Shown: in pieces, positions 8,383 to 16,683 of the stretch
How the letters are laid out: each line of letters opens with the position of its first letter
How positions within the stretch are numbered: the stretch's first letter is position 1
Assembly (NCBI GenBank): GCA_964434855.1
Contig: CAYSWR010000001.1
Coordinates: 6,630 to 37,559, forward strand
From: an uncultured Nitrosopumilaceae archaeon
GTDB lineage: Archaea > Thermoproteota > Nitrososphaeria > Nitrososphaerales > Nitrosopumilaceae
Direction: 5' to 3'
Length of the DNA: 30,930 nt
Position numbers and translations under genes: made by a program
Notes under the pieces: generated by a model
Databases searched by the model: none
The model's input: the letters and a program-made list of their open reading frames with translations, nothing else
What the model was told of the DNA's origin: nothing

Positions 8383-9359
8383 GGCACTACAACTGTATCA
8401 AGTCGCCATGATTGTCTCACAAATGTATCTTCTAGATTGACTCCAAATTTGTAAGAAGATTCCAGTAGTCCTGTCCAAGCAATTTGTGAACCGCAGTCAC
8501 CTGCATATTCTTTAGGTGACACAAAAAACTTGCAATCTTGTCTTTTACATACACTCATTAGGATTTCTGAAAGTCTTTTGTTTGCAGCAACCCCACCTAC
8601 TATTAGAAGTTCTTTTTTTCTAGTAAACGATAGTGCACGCTCTGTAGCTTCGCCAATCATTGCAAATGCAGTCTCTTGTAATGAAAAGCAAGCATCCTCA
8701 AGATTCTTTGGAATCATATGTTTTGTTGCAGAAAGTAAACCAGAAAATGATACATCATTTCCTTTTACAACATATGGAAGTGAGATGTAGTTATTTGACT
8801 TTGATGCAAGTTCCTCAATTTTCCCACCACAGGGGGATGCAAACCCCGCATGTCTACCAAGTTGATCTAATAACTGACCAAGTGTTATGTCTAAAGTTTC
8901 TCCAAACACTCTCCATTTTTTTGATAAAAATGCCAGGATCATTGTATGACCTCCAGAAACTAGCAGCACCAGTGGATCTTTTGCTCCAGTCAACATCTTT
9001 CCAAGTTCTATGTGACCTATTGCGTGATTTACTGGATAGATTGGAATGTTGTAAAATGATGCAAGAGATCTTGCAACCACCGCCCCTATTCTCAAGCATG
9101 GTCCAAGACCCGGACCAGCAGCATATGATATAATATCAAGATCAGTAATTTTGACACCTGCTTTTTGTAAACACTCTGAGAGCACCATAGGAGAATTTTC
9201 TGCATGGTGTCTCGATGCTTCTCTTGGATGAATTCCCTCACCGTCAGGAGGTCGATAGATCTTTCTTACATCAGAGAGAATTTTTCCATCTTTACCAGTT
9301 TTTTTCAATATGGCACATGAGAATGTATGAGCCGTACTTTCTATTCCAAGTGCTATCAT
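8376..9359 (-). CDS. kae1: tRNA N6-adenosine threonylcarbamoyltransferase Kae1 (KEOPS catalytic subunit)
   Basis: ALGIESTAHTFSCAIL N-terminus, metal-binding NHAIGHIE (HxxxH), and VSGGHT and GGVAAN motifs. 327 aa, not fused to Bud32. Confidence 0.9.
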   Translation of the reverse strand: MIALGIESTAHTFSCAILKKTGKDGKILSDVRKIYRPPDGEGIHPREASRHHAENSPMVLSECLQKAGVKITDLDIISYAAGPGLGPCLRIGAVVARSLASFYNIPIYPVNHAIGHIELGKMLTGAKDPLVLLVSGGHTMILAFLSKKWRVFGETLDITLGQLLDQLGRHAGFASPCGGKIEELASKSNNYISLPYVVKGNDVSFSGLLSATKHMIPKNLEDACFSLQETAFAMIGEATERALSFTRKKELLIVGGVAANKRLSEILMSVCKRQDCKFFVSPKEYAGDCGSQIAWTGLLESSYKFGVNLEDTFVRQSWRLDTVVVPY

Positions 9360-9360
9360 T

Positions 9361-10554
9361 TTATCCTCTACTCAATGTTGATACTATTTTTATGACGTCC
9401 CCACTTTTTAGTTGATGTTGTGCGCCTATTCTTTGCTTTGTCTTCACATCTATCGCATGCAAGAATCCCTTTGCTAGATCTGCATGTATGGTTGTCGCAA
9501 GATCCTTTGCAGTAGAATTGGCAGGCATGAGTCTTGCGTCTGGTAAGATTTTACCATCTTTGTTTGATAGCTTTGTTTCGTCTTCAACAGGATATACCAC
9601 AATTAGTTTGAGGAGCTCAAAGCAAGCCACATCTAATGCTTGTTGTATGCCTGTGGTTTCAATTTTTGAAAGAACCAATTTCACTAGATCTAGTGCTTTT
9701 TGTTGTTGAGGATTAAGATTGATTCCTTCTTTAATTTTAAAAATTTTTTCACCTGGAAAATAATCAATCAAACCATTCTTTGTTGCTTTTTTGAGAAGCA
9801 GTTCTGTCTCAGCACTGCATGGTATCGTAACTCCTTCTTTTTTTAGCTTGTCAATAATGCTCAAATCATGACAAAGATCAGCCTTGTTTGCTGCAATGAT
9901 TATTGGTTTTGTTTTTTTTCGCAGTTCTTTTATGAAAGTAGATAGATCTGAATCACTCCACTCTGTAGGTTTTTTTGTTTGAAGATTCAAATGTTGTATG
10001 ACTATTTCAATATCGTATTCTTTTATTCCAAGTCCACTGAACCTTTGTGCAATTCCTTGAACAATTTTTGCACCCTTACTTTCCATTTCTCTTGATAATT
10101 TCTGCCACTCGCGTTGCAAGATCTGTTTCATCCATTGATCAAATTCTTCTTCAACAAACTTAACATCTTCTAGTGGATCATGTGTTCCTACAGGAACTGG
10201 ATGACCTTGAATGTCTGTTGAGCCTGATGCATCAACAACATGAATTAATACTTCAGATTGTCTTGCATCATCCAAAAACTTGTTACCAAGACCTTTGCCT
10301 TCATGAGCTCCAGGGACAAGTCCTGCTACATCAATTAATTTTACTGGTATGAATCTTATTCCATTAATACACAAAGGATGTTTGTGATCTATTCCAAAGT
10401 GTTTGCATGCACATTCTGCCTTTACGTGTGCAATTCCAACATTTGGTTCTATTGTAGTAAAAGGATAATTTCCTATTTGAGCCGTGGTTTCCGTTGCAGC
10501 TGAGAAGAAAGTTGATTTTCCAACATTTGTCTTACCAAGAAGCCCAATTTGCAT
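9361..10554 (-). CDS. ychF: Obg/YchF-OLA1 family P-loop GTPase/ATPase with a C-terminal TGS domain
   Basis: G1 GKTNVGKST, G3 DVAGLV and G4 NKAD, with a C-terminal TGS-like end (GDVIKIVS). Its stop is 1 nt from the kae1 start. Confidence 0.8.
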   Translation of the reverse strand: MQIGLLGKTNVGKSTFFSAATETTAQIGNYPFTTIEPNVGIAHVKAECACKHFGIDHKHPLCINGIRFIPVKLIDVAGLVPGAHEGKGLGNKFLDDARQSEVLIHVVDASGSTDIQGHPVPVGTHDPLEDVKFVEEEFDQWMKQILQREWQKLSREMESKGAKIVQGIAQRFSGLGIKEYDIEIVIQHLNLQTKKPTEWSDSDLSTFIKELRKKTKPIIIAANKADLCHDLSIIDKLKKEGVTIPCSAETELLLKKATKNGLIDYFPGEKIFKIKEGINLNPQQQKALDLVKLVLSKIETTGIQQALDVACFELLKLIVVYPVEDETKLSNKDGKILPDARLMPANSTAKDLATTIHADLAKGFLHAIDVKTKQRIGAQHQLKSGDVIKIVSTLSRG

Positions 10555-10634
10555 GGCAACTATCTAAATTTATGCTCATATTTAGTATTGCAGAAATCGT
10601 TTAATTTGATTTGTTTTGATTATACGTGTTGTCA

Positions 10635-11183
10635 ATGATACTAACGGGTAACCCTGGCGTAGGAAAACACGCAGTGGCAAAACCACTTGCAAAGAAATTA
10701 GGTTTGGATCTAATCGACATAAATAAGGTAGCAATGCAAGAAGGAATTTTTGAAGAAAGTGAAGGGACTTTGGATGTTGATATAAAAAAATTAAAAAAAA
10801 CACTCAAAAAATTAATTACAAAAAACTCGCTTGTTGTTGGACACTTAGCACCGTATGTAGTTTCAAGAAATCAAGTAAAGATTGCAGTCGTTCTAAGAAG
10901 GGATCCATATAAGCTCATTTCTGTTTATGAAAAAAGAAAATATTCAGACCAAAAATCAATTGAGAATCTTGGTAGCGAAGTTCTTGGAGTAACGTATTAT
11001 GATTCAATAAATGAATTTGGTTCAGATAGGACTTTTCAGTTTAATACAACTGGTAAATCTGTCAGTACAATTGTAAAGAAGATAAAGGATCTTTTTGTAA
11101 AGGATATTTTTCAGGAAGACGAAATAGATTGGCTTGGCGTGATTTCTGAAAAAAACGACCTAAAACGATTTTTCCCCTACTAA
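10635..11183 (+). CDS. Fap7 / adenylate kinase isoenzyme 6 homologue (small-subunit rRNA maturation NTPase)
   Basis: The P-loop sits at the extreme N-terminus (MILTGNPGVGKH), and the size of about 180 aa is typical of archaeal Fap7. The ATG at 10635 is preferred over the GTG at 10626. Confidence 0.7.
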   Translation: MILTGNPGVGKHAVAKPLAKKLGLDLIDINKVAMQEGIFEESEGTLDVDIKKLKKTLKKLITKNSLVVGHLAPYVVSRNQVKIAVVLRRDPYKLISVYEKRKYSDQKSIENLGSEVLGVTYYDSINEFGSDRTFQFNTTGKSVSTIVKKIKDLFVKDIFQEDEIDWLGVISEKNDLKRFFPY

Positions 11184-11218
11184 ATTCAAATAACGCTCCC
11201 ACTTGATAGTATTGTAAA

Positions 11219-12733
11219 ATGTTTGAAATAAAAAAAAGTGACCTTGCAGGAAGGATAGGAATACTTCATACAAATCACGGCGAGGTAGAAACACCCGCTT
11301 ATGTGCCTGTAGTTCATCCCGTTAGGCAGTCTATTTCACCACAAAAAATGCGTGAGATGGGTTTTGATCTGATAATAACAAACGCCTACATCACCTTAAA
11401 CAATTACAAAGAGGAAGCAGTAAAACGCGGTATTCATGATATCATAAATTATGATGGATCTGTAATGACAGATTCCGGTGGATATCAAGTCTTAGAATAT
11501 GGTAGAGTAGATGTAGAGCCAAAAGACATGGCGTCTTTTGAAAAAAATATACGAACTGATATTGCAATTCCACTTGATAGACCTACTGGTTACGGTCTCT
11601 CTAAAAAAAAGGCAAAGTCTTACGTTGATCATACCTTAAGAGTTTCAAAAGAAACTCTAGAGCAGAGTGAAAAAAATGGACAGATATGGGTTGGTCCAAT
11701 ACAGGGAGGAGAGCATTTTGATCTTGTAAAAAGATCAACAAAAACTCTTGTAGAATACGGATTTGAAATGCTTGCGCTTGGAAGTCCAGTTGAATTCATG
11801 GAATCATATGAGTACAAGTTACTTGCAAACATGATACTTACTGCAAAAAAACAGATGCCTGATTCTATTCCATTGCATCTTTTTGGGGCAGGTCATCCCA
11901 TGACAATTCCACTTGCAGTTGCATTAGGATGTGACACATTTGATTCTGCATCATACATTCTTTATGCAAGAAAAGACAGATACATGATGGATGATGTAAC
12001 AACTAGACTTGATGAGATATCATATTTTTCTTGCAGTTGTGAGATTTGTGTAAAATACACTCCAAAAGAGTTACTTGCCCTCGAGTTTGAAGATAGAACA
12101 AACAAAGTCGCATTGCACAACTTATTTGCAATAAAAGCTGAGGTTAACAGAGTAAAAGAAGCCATTCGTGAAGGAAGATTATGGGAATATGTTCTCAAAA
12201 AGGCACGTTCACACCCCAAGCTCTTTGAAACCATCAATGTATTTACGGAAAATCCAGGATATTTTGCAGATAGAACACCTAGATTTAAGGAAAAGGCGAT
12301 CTTCCTCTTTTCAAAAGAGGATCAGTTTAGACCAGAAGTCACATTATTTCACGAATTGGTTCGTAAGTTCAAGTGTAAAAAAGATACCCTTATTATTGTG
12401 CCAGATGGCACAGTCAGACCTTTTTATCTTTCAAAGGAATACAATGACTTGAAAAAGCGGTTTGCAAAAAAATATGATCGCGTTCAGTTTTGCCAGTTTA
12501 ATCCTTTTCTAGGAATAATCCCACTTGAAATTTCTGACATGTATCCCGCATCACATTATGTTATGCCAAGAATGCGATATAATCAAAATGAGTTTTCAGA
12601 GTTTACAAAAACATGGAAAGCCTTTTTTGTTAATAATAATTTCAAAATGGTATACATAGCAAATGATGAATTTTTAAAATATCATACAAAATTGCTTCCT
12701 AAAAAAATCAAAATAATGTCAATTAGTAGATAG
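11219..12733 (+). CDS. tgtA: Archaeosine tRNA-guanine(15) transglycosylase (ArcTGT), apparently without a C-terminal PUA domain
   Basis: Catalytic DSGGYQ is present, and the Zn site is CSCEIC...H (FSCSCEICVKY..ALHNLF). It is 504 aa, whereas the Pyrococcus enzyme is roughly 580 aa as I recall. Confidence 0.85.
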   Translation: MFEIKKSDLAGRIGILHTNHGEVETPAYVPVVHPVRQSISPQKMREMGFDLIITNAYITLNNYKEEAVKRGIHDIINYDGSVMTDSGGYQVLEYGRVDVEPKDMASFEKNIRTDIAIPLDRPTGYGLSKKKAKSYVDHTLRVSKETLEQSEKNGQIWVGPIQGGEHFDLVKRSTKTLVEYGFEMLALGSPVEFMESYEYKLLANMILTAKKQMPDSIPLHLFGAGHPMTIPLAVALGCDTFDSASYILYARKDRYMMDDVTTRLDEISYFSCSCEICVKYTPKELLALEFEDRTNKVALHNLFAIKAEVNRVKEAIREGRLWEYVLKKARSHPKLFETINVFTENPGYFADRTPRFKEKAIFLFSKEDQFRPEVTLFHELVRKFKCKKDTLIIVPDGTVRPFYLSKEYNDLKKRFAKKYDRVQFCQFNPFLGIIPLEISDMYPASHYVMPRMRYNQNEFSEFTKTWKAFFVNNNFKMVYIANDEFLKYHTKLLPKKIKIMSISR

Positions 12734-12768
12734 TAAAAATAAGAAAAAGGAGTGCGAACAGATTCCGC

Positions 12769-13104
12769 TTATTTGCTTATTGCGGCGTCTTCTGCCCAGC
12801 CTTTTACAAAGACTCCGTTCTTGTGAAGAGGAACTGGTTGACCAGCTGTGTAAGTCATTGGTCTCATCCAAAAGATTGACTTTGTTGGACAAACTCCGAT
12901 GCATGCTCCATCAGAGATGCATCTTTCTGGATAAAAGACGAATGCTTTTCCTCTCTTCCAACCCTCAACAGGTTTTACACGGAGTACATCTGGACCAAGA
13001 GAAGTACAGATCTCTACGCATAGTGCGCAGCCTATACATCTTTGTTCATCAATGTCTGGAAGTATTGCTATTGGCATTTTATCTTCTCTTTTTGATAATG
13101 TCAT
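12769..13104 (-). CDS. 4Fe-4S dicluster ferredoxin-domain protein
   Basis: Two cluster motifs, CIGCALCVEIC and CISDGACIGVCP, followed by a ~40 aa C-terminal extension. The start may be the Met at 13077 (MPIAIL..). Confidence 0.8.
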   Translation of the reverse strand: MTLSKREDKMPIAILPDIDEQRCIGCALCVEICTSLGPDVLRVKPVEGWKRGKAFVFYPERCISDGACIGVCPTKSIFWMRPMTYTAGQPVPLHKNGVFVKGWAEDAAISK

Positions 13105-13203
13105 GGTTTGCTATTTAAACCATCTGTAAAATCCATAACAGAGTTATAGAATTTTTTCAATAAGCAAAATGAAATAAAAAACAGAAAGTAGTGTTATGTT
13201 TGA

Positions 13204-13425
13204 TTACTTCTTGATCTGTCGTATAGCGTCGATTTGACCGCTAGTTATCCAATCAAGTAATTCAGCAGATGTAGGATTTAGATCACCTTTTTGATTCATC
13301 ATATTGTGTACCCAAACCCAGTTTATCTGATTTAGTAATGGCTTGTTTCCCTCATCGCCCTTGCGAACTTTGTCTCGAAGGTCTTTCGGGATAGTATTCC
13401 ACCATTGTTCGTAGGTTCTACCCAT
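13204..13425 (-). CDS. Hypothetical Trp-rich 73-aa protein
   Basis: Clean ORF (MGRTYEQWWNTIPKDLRDK..) with an A/T box 'acttaattag' about 21 nt upstream. I recognise no family. Confidence 0.5.
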   Translation of the reverse strand: MGRTYEQWWNTIPKDLRDKVRKGDEGNKPLLNQINWVWVHNMMNQKGDLNPTSAELLDWITSGQIDAIRQIKK

Positions 13426-13536
13426 GGACAGATCATCTTTAGTTGATCTAATTAAGTCTTTTGTAAATTATCTAAATAATAGGATGATGTGAAAAACGCT
13501 AAACGTTTAAAGGTACTTTGAAGAGACTTTGAATTC

Positions 13537-14793
13537 TTGCAGGTTAAAGTTCTTGGTGCGGCTCAAGAGGTAGGCCGATCGGCATTTCAAGTTAATTGTG
13601 ATGGTGCAAATTTTCTTTTGGATTATGGTGTTCTTTTGGGAAAAGAACCACAATATCCAATGCATGTAAAACCTAGAGACATAGATGCTGTTGTTATTAC
13701 TCATGCACATCTTGATCATTCTGGTTATGTACCATCGCTTTTTGTAAACGGAAAAAATGATGTCTATGCAACTCCACCAACATTGGATCTATCTAGACTT
13801 TTGATTGAAGATATGATTAGGCTACAAAAGAATTTTTTCCCTTTTGAAATGCCAGAGGTTGTCAACATGATAAAACATTCCAAAGAAATAGGATATAGAG
13901 AGAAAATCAAGAAAGGTAATGCGTCCTTTGAGCTGCGTGAGTCAGGACATATAGTTGGCGGTGGTGCAGTTATTGTTGAGTCTGAAAATAAAAGACTCTA
14001 CTATACAGGAGACATTAATCCAAGAGGTTCACGCATGGTACGTGAAGCAGACTTTGATTTTGATGAAATTGATTTGTTAATAATGGAAAGCACTTATTCA
14101 CAGACTGAACAAGCACCAAGAAATGAAACTGAAGAAGAATTCATGGAATTCGTATATGAAGTATTAGATAGAAAGGGAACTCTGTTTGTGCCAGCTTTTT
14201 CAGTAGAGAGATCTCAGGAGATTGCTTGTGTTTTAAAAAACGCAAAATTTAAACACAAAGTCATAATGGACGGAATGGCCGTAAAGGTAAACGAGATAAT
14301 GCTTCGCTATCCAGAATACCTACGTGATCCAAAAGTTTTTGCTGATTCAATTCATCAAGCAATTTGGATTAAAGGAGAAAGAGAGCGAAAAGACGCGTTG
14401 AAAGAACCATGTGTGGTGATATCTCCAGCTGGAATGCTTGTTGGTGGCTCAGCGGTATACTACTTACAACAGCTTGCACTTGATAAGAAAAACGGTATTG
14501 CAATGGTATCATACCAAGGAGAGGGGACACCTGGTAGAAAATTACTTGAGACTGGAAAAGTCAATGTTCGTGGAAGAGATGTGAAAACAGAAGCAGCTGT
14601 TAAACAATTTGAATTTTCTGGTCATGCAGATAGAAAAGATCTTTTCGAGGTTGTCAAGAAAATAAAAGGAACTCCAAAGATTTTAACTATTCATGGAGAC
14701 AGAGATTCTTGTACAAAGTTTGCAGATGAGATACATGAGAGATTTGGATTTGATGCATCTGCCCCAAAAGCTGGGGAAGTAATTACTGTTTGA
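13537..14793 (+). CDS. Metallo-beta-lactamase / beta-CASP ribonuclease (aCPSF2-like)
   Basis: MBL motif THAHLDHSG. It has no N-terminal KH domains, is 418 aa, and carries a C-terminal beta-CASP His (TIHGD). It has a TTG start, with the 'cgtttaaagg' box 23 nt upstream. Confidence 0.8.
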   Translation: MQVKVLGAAQEVGRSAFQVNCDGANFLLDYGVLLGKEPQYPMHVKPRDIDAVVITHAHLDHSGYVPSLFVNGKNDVYATPPTLDLSRLLIEDMIRLQKNFFPFEMPEVVNMIKHSKEIGYREKIKKGNASFELRESGHIVGGGAVIVESENKRLYYTGDINPRGSRMVREADFDFDEIDLLIMESTYSQTEQAPRNETEEEFMEFVYEVLDRKGTLFVPAFSVERSQEIACVLKNAKFKHKVIMDGMAVKVNEIMLRYPEYLRDPKVFADSIHQAIWIKGERERKDALKEPCVVISPAGMLVGGSAVYYLQQLALDKKNGIAMVSYQGEGTPGRKLLETGKVNVRGRDVKTEAAVKQFEFSGHADRKDLFEVVKKIKGTPKILTIHGDRDSCTKFADEIHERFGFDASAPKAGEVITV

Positions 14794-14794
14794 G

Positions 14795-15643
14795 ATGCAA
14801 GAATTAAAGAAAATAGATTTAGATACTACCATTAATAGTGGTCAAGTTTTTCTTTGGGATAAAATTGATGGTATATGGTATGGTGTTAACGGTTCTGAAA
14901 TTTTAAAGATCATACAAGATCCGTTTAAGATCATCTCTTCAGAAAAAATGACACCTAATTTTTTTAGACAAGATGATAACATGAAAAAAATTCTACGTAG
15001 TATAAGAAGAGACAAGCTTGTAAAAGATGCAGTCTCACGATTCCCCGGGTTGAGACTTTTACGACAAGATCCCTTTCAATGCTACATTTCATTTATTTGC
15101 TCTTCAAATGCATCAATCCGAAACATAAAACAGATGTTAAAAAAAATTACAAAGAAATTTGGTAAGAGAACAAATTTCGATGGTCATGAATTTCATACCT
15201 TCCCTGCAGCTGAAAAACTTGCCAATTCTAACATTGCAGAACTTTTATTGTGTGGATTAGGCTTTAGAGCAAAGTACGTAAAGGAAGCATCACAAGACAT
15301 CGTATCAGGAAGAATAAATTTTAATTATTTAAAAAAGGTGAACTACAAAACTGCAAAGGATATTCTTGTAAGTGTATACGGTATAGGTGATAAGATTGCT
15401 GATTGCATACTTTTATTCTCACTTGAAAAAATTGAAGCATTTCCAATTGACAGGTGGACATTACGAATTTTACGAAAGTATTATTCTGATGTGTTTGATG
15501 AATCAATCAGTAGATCAATTACTAAGAAAAAATATGAAGATATACATGAAAAAATTGTCAGGCATTTTGGTCCTTTTGCTGGTTATTCACAACAATTTCT
15601 TTTCAAAATGGAAAGAGATCTAAATAACAAAAAATGGTTGTAA
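14795..15643 (+). CDS. ogg: 8-oxoguanine DNA glycosylase/AP lyase, OGG1 type
   Basis: LLRQDPFQCYISFICSSNASIRNIKQM closely mirrors the OGG1 signature (LRQDP.EC..SFICSSNNNI.RI). The HhH-GPD motif YGIGDKIADCILLF carries the catalytic Lys, and the downstream Asp lies in PIDRW. Confidence 0.85.
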   Translation: MQELKKIDLDTTINSGQVFLWDKIDGIWYGVNGSEILKIIQDPFKIISSEKMTPNFFRQDDNMKKILRSIRRDKLVKDAVSRFPGLRLLRQDPFQCYISFICSSNASIRNIKQMLKKITKKFGKRTNFDGHEFHTFPAAEKLANSNIAELLLCGLGFRAKYVKEASQDIVSGRINFNYLKKVNYKTAKDILVSVYGIGDKIADCILLFSLEKIEAFPIDRWTLRILRKYYSDVFDESISRSITKKKYEDIHEKIVRHFGPFAGYSQQFLFKMERDLNNKKWL

Positions 15644-15678
15644 AAAGCTCTTAATATGGTAGCCCTAGCCAACTTCTT

Positions 15679-15753
15679 GGGCCTGTAGCTCAGCATGGAC
15701 AGAGTGCTGGACTTCTAATCCAGTGGTCAAGGGATCGAAGCCCTTCGGGCCCG
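15679..15753 (+). tRNA. tRNA-Arg (anticodon UCU)
   Basis: Hand-folded cloverleaf. The acceptor stem is GGGCCTG/CGGGCCC. The anticodon arm is CTGGA-CTTCTAA-TCCAG and the T arm is AAGGG-ATCGAAG-CCCTT. The discriminator is G and a T-rich tract follows. Confidence 0.85.
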
Positions 15754-15799
15754 CTTTTCGTTCATAATTTATTTATCGTCAAGGTATGACGCATATAAT

Positions 15800-16150
15800 A
15801 TGAAAGACGTTGAATTGAAGCTGGAAAATTTGAATATAGTTCCTAATAGTGAGATAAGAGGAAAAATCGATGTGAGATATCAAGGGAGATATGATGGAAT
15901 TGTTATCAACACTCAAATCTTAAACTCAAACCAACTCATAGTCTACAAATCATACAACGGCAAACCCATCTCACAAAATCTATCAAGATTATTCATAAGC
16001 AAAGACGACATGGCACAGAATAAAGCAGAGTTTACAGCTGTAATAGAGTTCAAACCTTCTGAACCTCACGACGTAAAGTTTCGCGTTTCTATAATTCAGG
16101 AGCATAAGGAAATCGAAAGTGATGTACTGTTTGCAAAACTAGTTGTTTAG
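15800..16150 (+). CDS. Hypothetical beta-rich 116-aa protein
   Basis: Clean ORF with an A/T box 'aatttatttat' 23 nt upstream. The alternating beta-strand pattern gives it a vaguely arrestin/Spo0M-like look only. Confidence 0.45.
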   Translation: MKDVELKLENLNIVPNSEIRGKIDVRYQGRYDGIVINTQILNSNQLIVYKSYNGKPISQNLSRLFISKDDMAQNKAEFTAVIEFKPSEPHDVKFRVSIIQEHKEIESDVLFAKLVV

Positions 16151-16620
16151 AATCTAGCCTTTGTAATTATTAGTTTACCTTTCATCCATGGATGAGGTTC
16201 GCAGTGATAGTCTATCTCAACTTCGGGTTCTGTGAATAAGAATTCATATCTTTCGCCTGGCTTTACTACACCAACAGAGCCAAACTTACCACTGTACTTG
16301 TCCGTATATTCATGGCCAGAATCAGCTGTTACAGTATGTGGAGTATCATCTATGTTTTCCCAGACAAGCATGTTATCAATTCCAAGTTGTATGTTTACTA
16401 GTTTTGGTACAAAATTATCTTGTTGTTCTGGACTTGAAGAACCTTTTATCATGTCTATTATGGTTTCTTCAAGTGGGTTAAGAATTTCTTCAGAGATTTT
16501 TGGTTTTGCTGTAAGTTCTGGGAGATAATATAACTGATAATAAGAAATACCAGCTGCCAAACCAACAATCATTGCTATTATTACTATACCATACGCATGA
16601 CTTGAGGTTGGCTTGCTCAA
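16147..16620 (-). CDS. Membrane-anchored type 1 blue copper protein (plastocyanin/amicyanin-like cupredoxin)
   Basis: N-terminal TM anchor (YGIVIIAMIVGLAAGISYY). The Cu ligand set is H (TPHTV) plus an amicyanin-style loop YHCEPHPWM (C-x2-H-x2-M). TTG start. Confidence 0.85.
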   Translation of the reverse strand: MSKPTSSHAYGIVIIAMIVGLAAGISYYQLYYLPELTAKPKISEEILNPLEETIIDMIKGSSSPEQQDNFVPKLVNIQLGIDNMLVWENIDDTPHTVTADSGHEYTDKYSGKFGSVGVVKPGERYEFLFTEPEVEIDYHCEPHPWMKGKLIITKARF

Positions 16621-16683
16621 CGATCCATGATCCTTTTTGCTAGTCTTATAAAGCTATTCGCTTAAAAAAATTTCAGGAAAAAT

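Noticed and set aside
8660-9133. 157-aa ORF on the + strand (also 8530..8790 and 8854..9099), antisense to or nested in kae1
   Set aside because: It lies entirely within the well-supported Kae1 CDS. The translation is low-complexity with no motifs, typical of shadow ORFs in AT-rich DNA.
10569-10590. Short inverted repeat ctaaat-N10-atttag in the ychF/fap7 divergent spacer, a possible regulator binding site
   Set aside because: The arms are only 6 bp in very AT-rich DNA. The repeat coincides with the expected TATA box of the ychF promoter, so there is not enough evidence for a distinct operator.
12780-13118. 112-aa + strand ORF opposite the ferredoxin gene
   Set aside because: The - strand product carries two perfect 4Fe-4S Cys motifs. 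The + strand product is Leu/Arg/Ser-rich with no recognisable features.
13483-13490. C-box-like 'gatgatgt' in the 13426..13536 spacer, a possible C/D box sRNA
   Set aside because: It does not match RUGAUGA exactly. No D box (CUGA) or terminal stem lies at an appropriate distance on either strand. The spacer is better explained by two divergent promoters.
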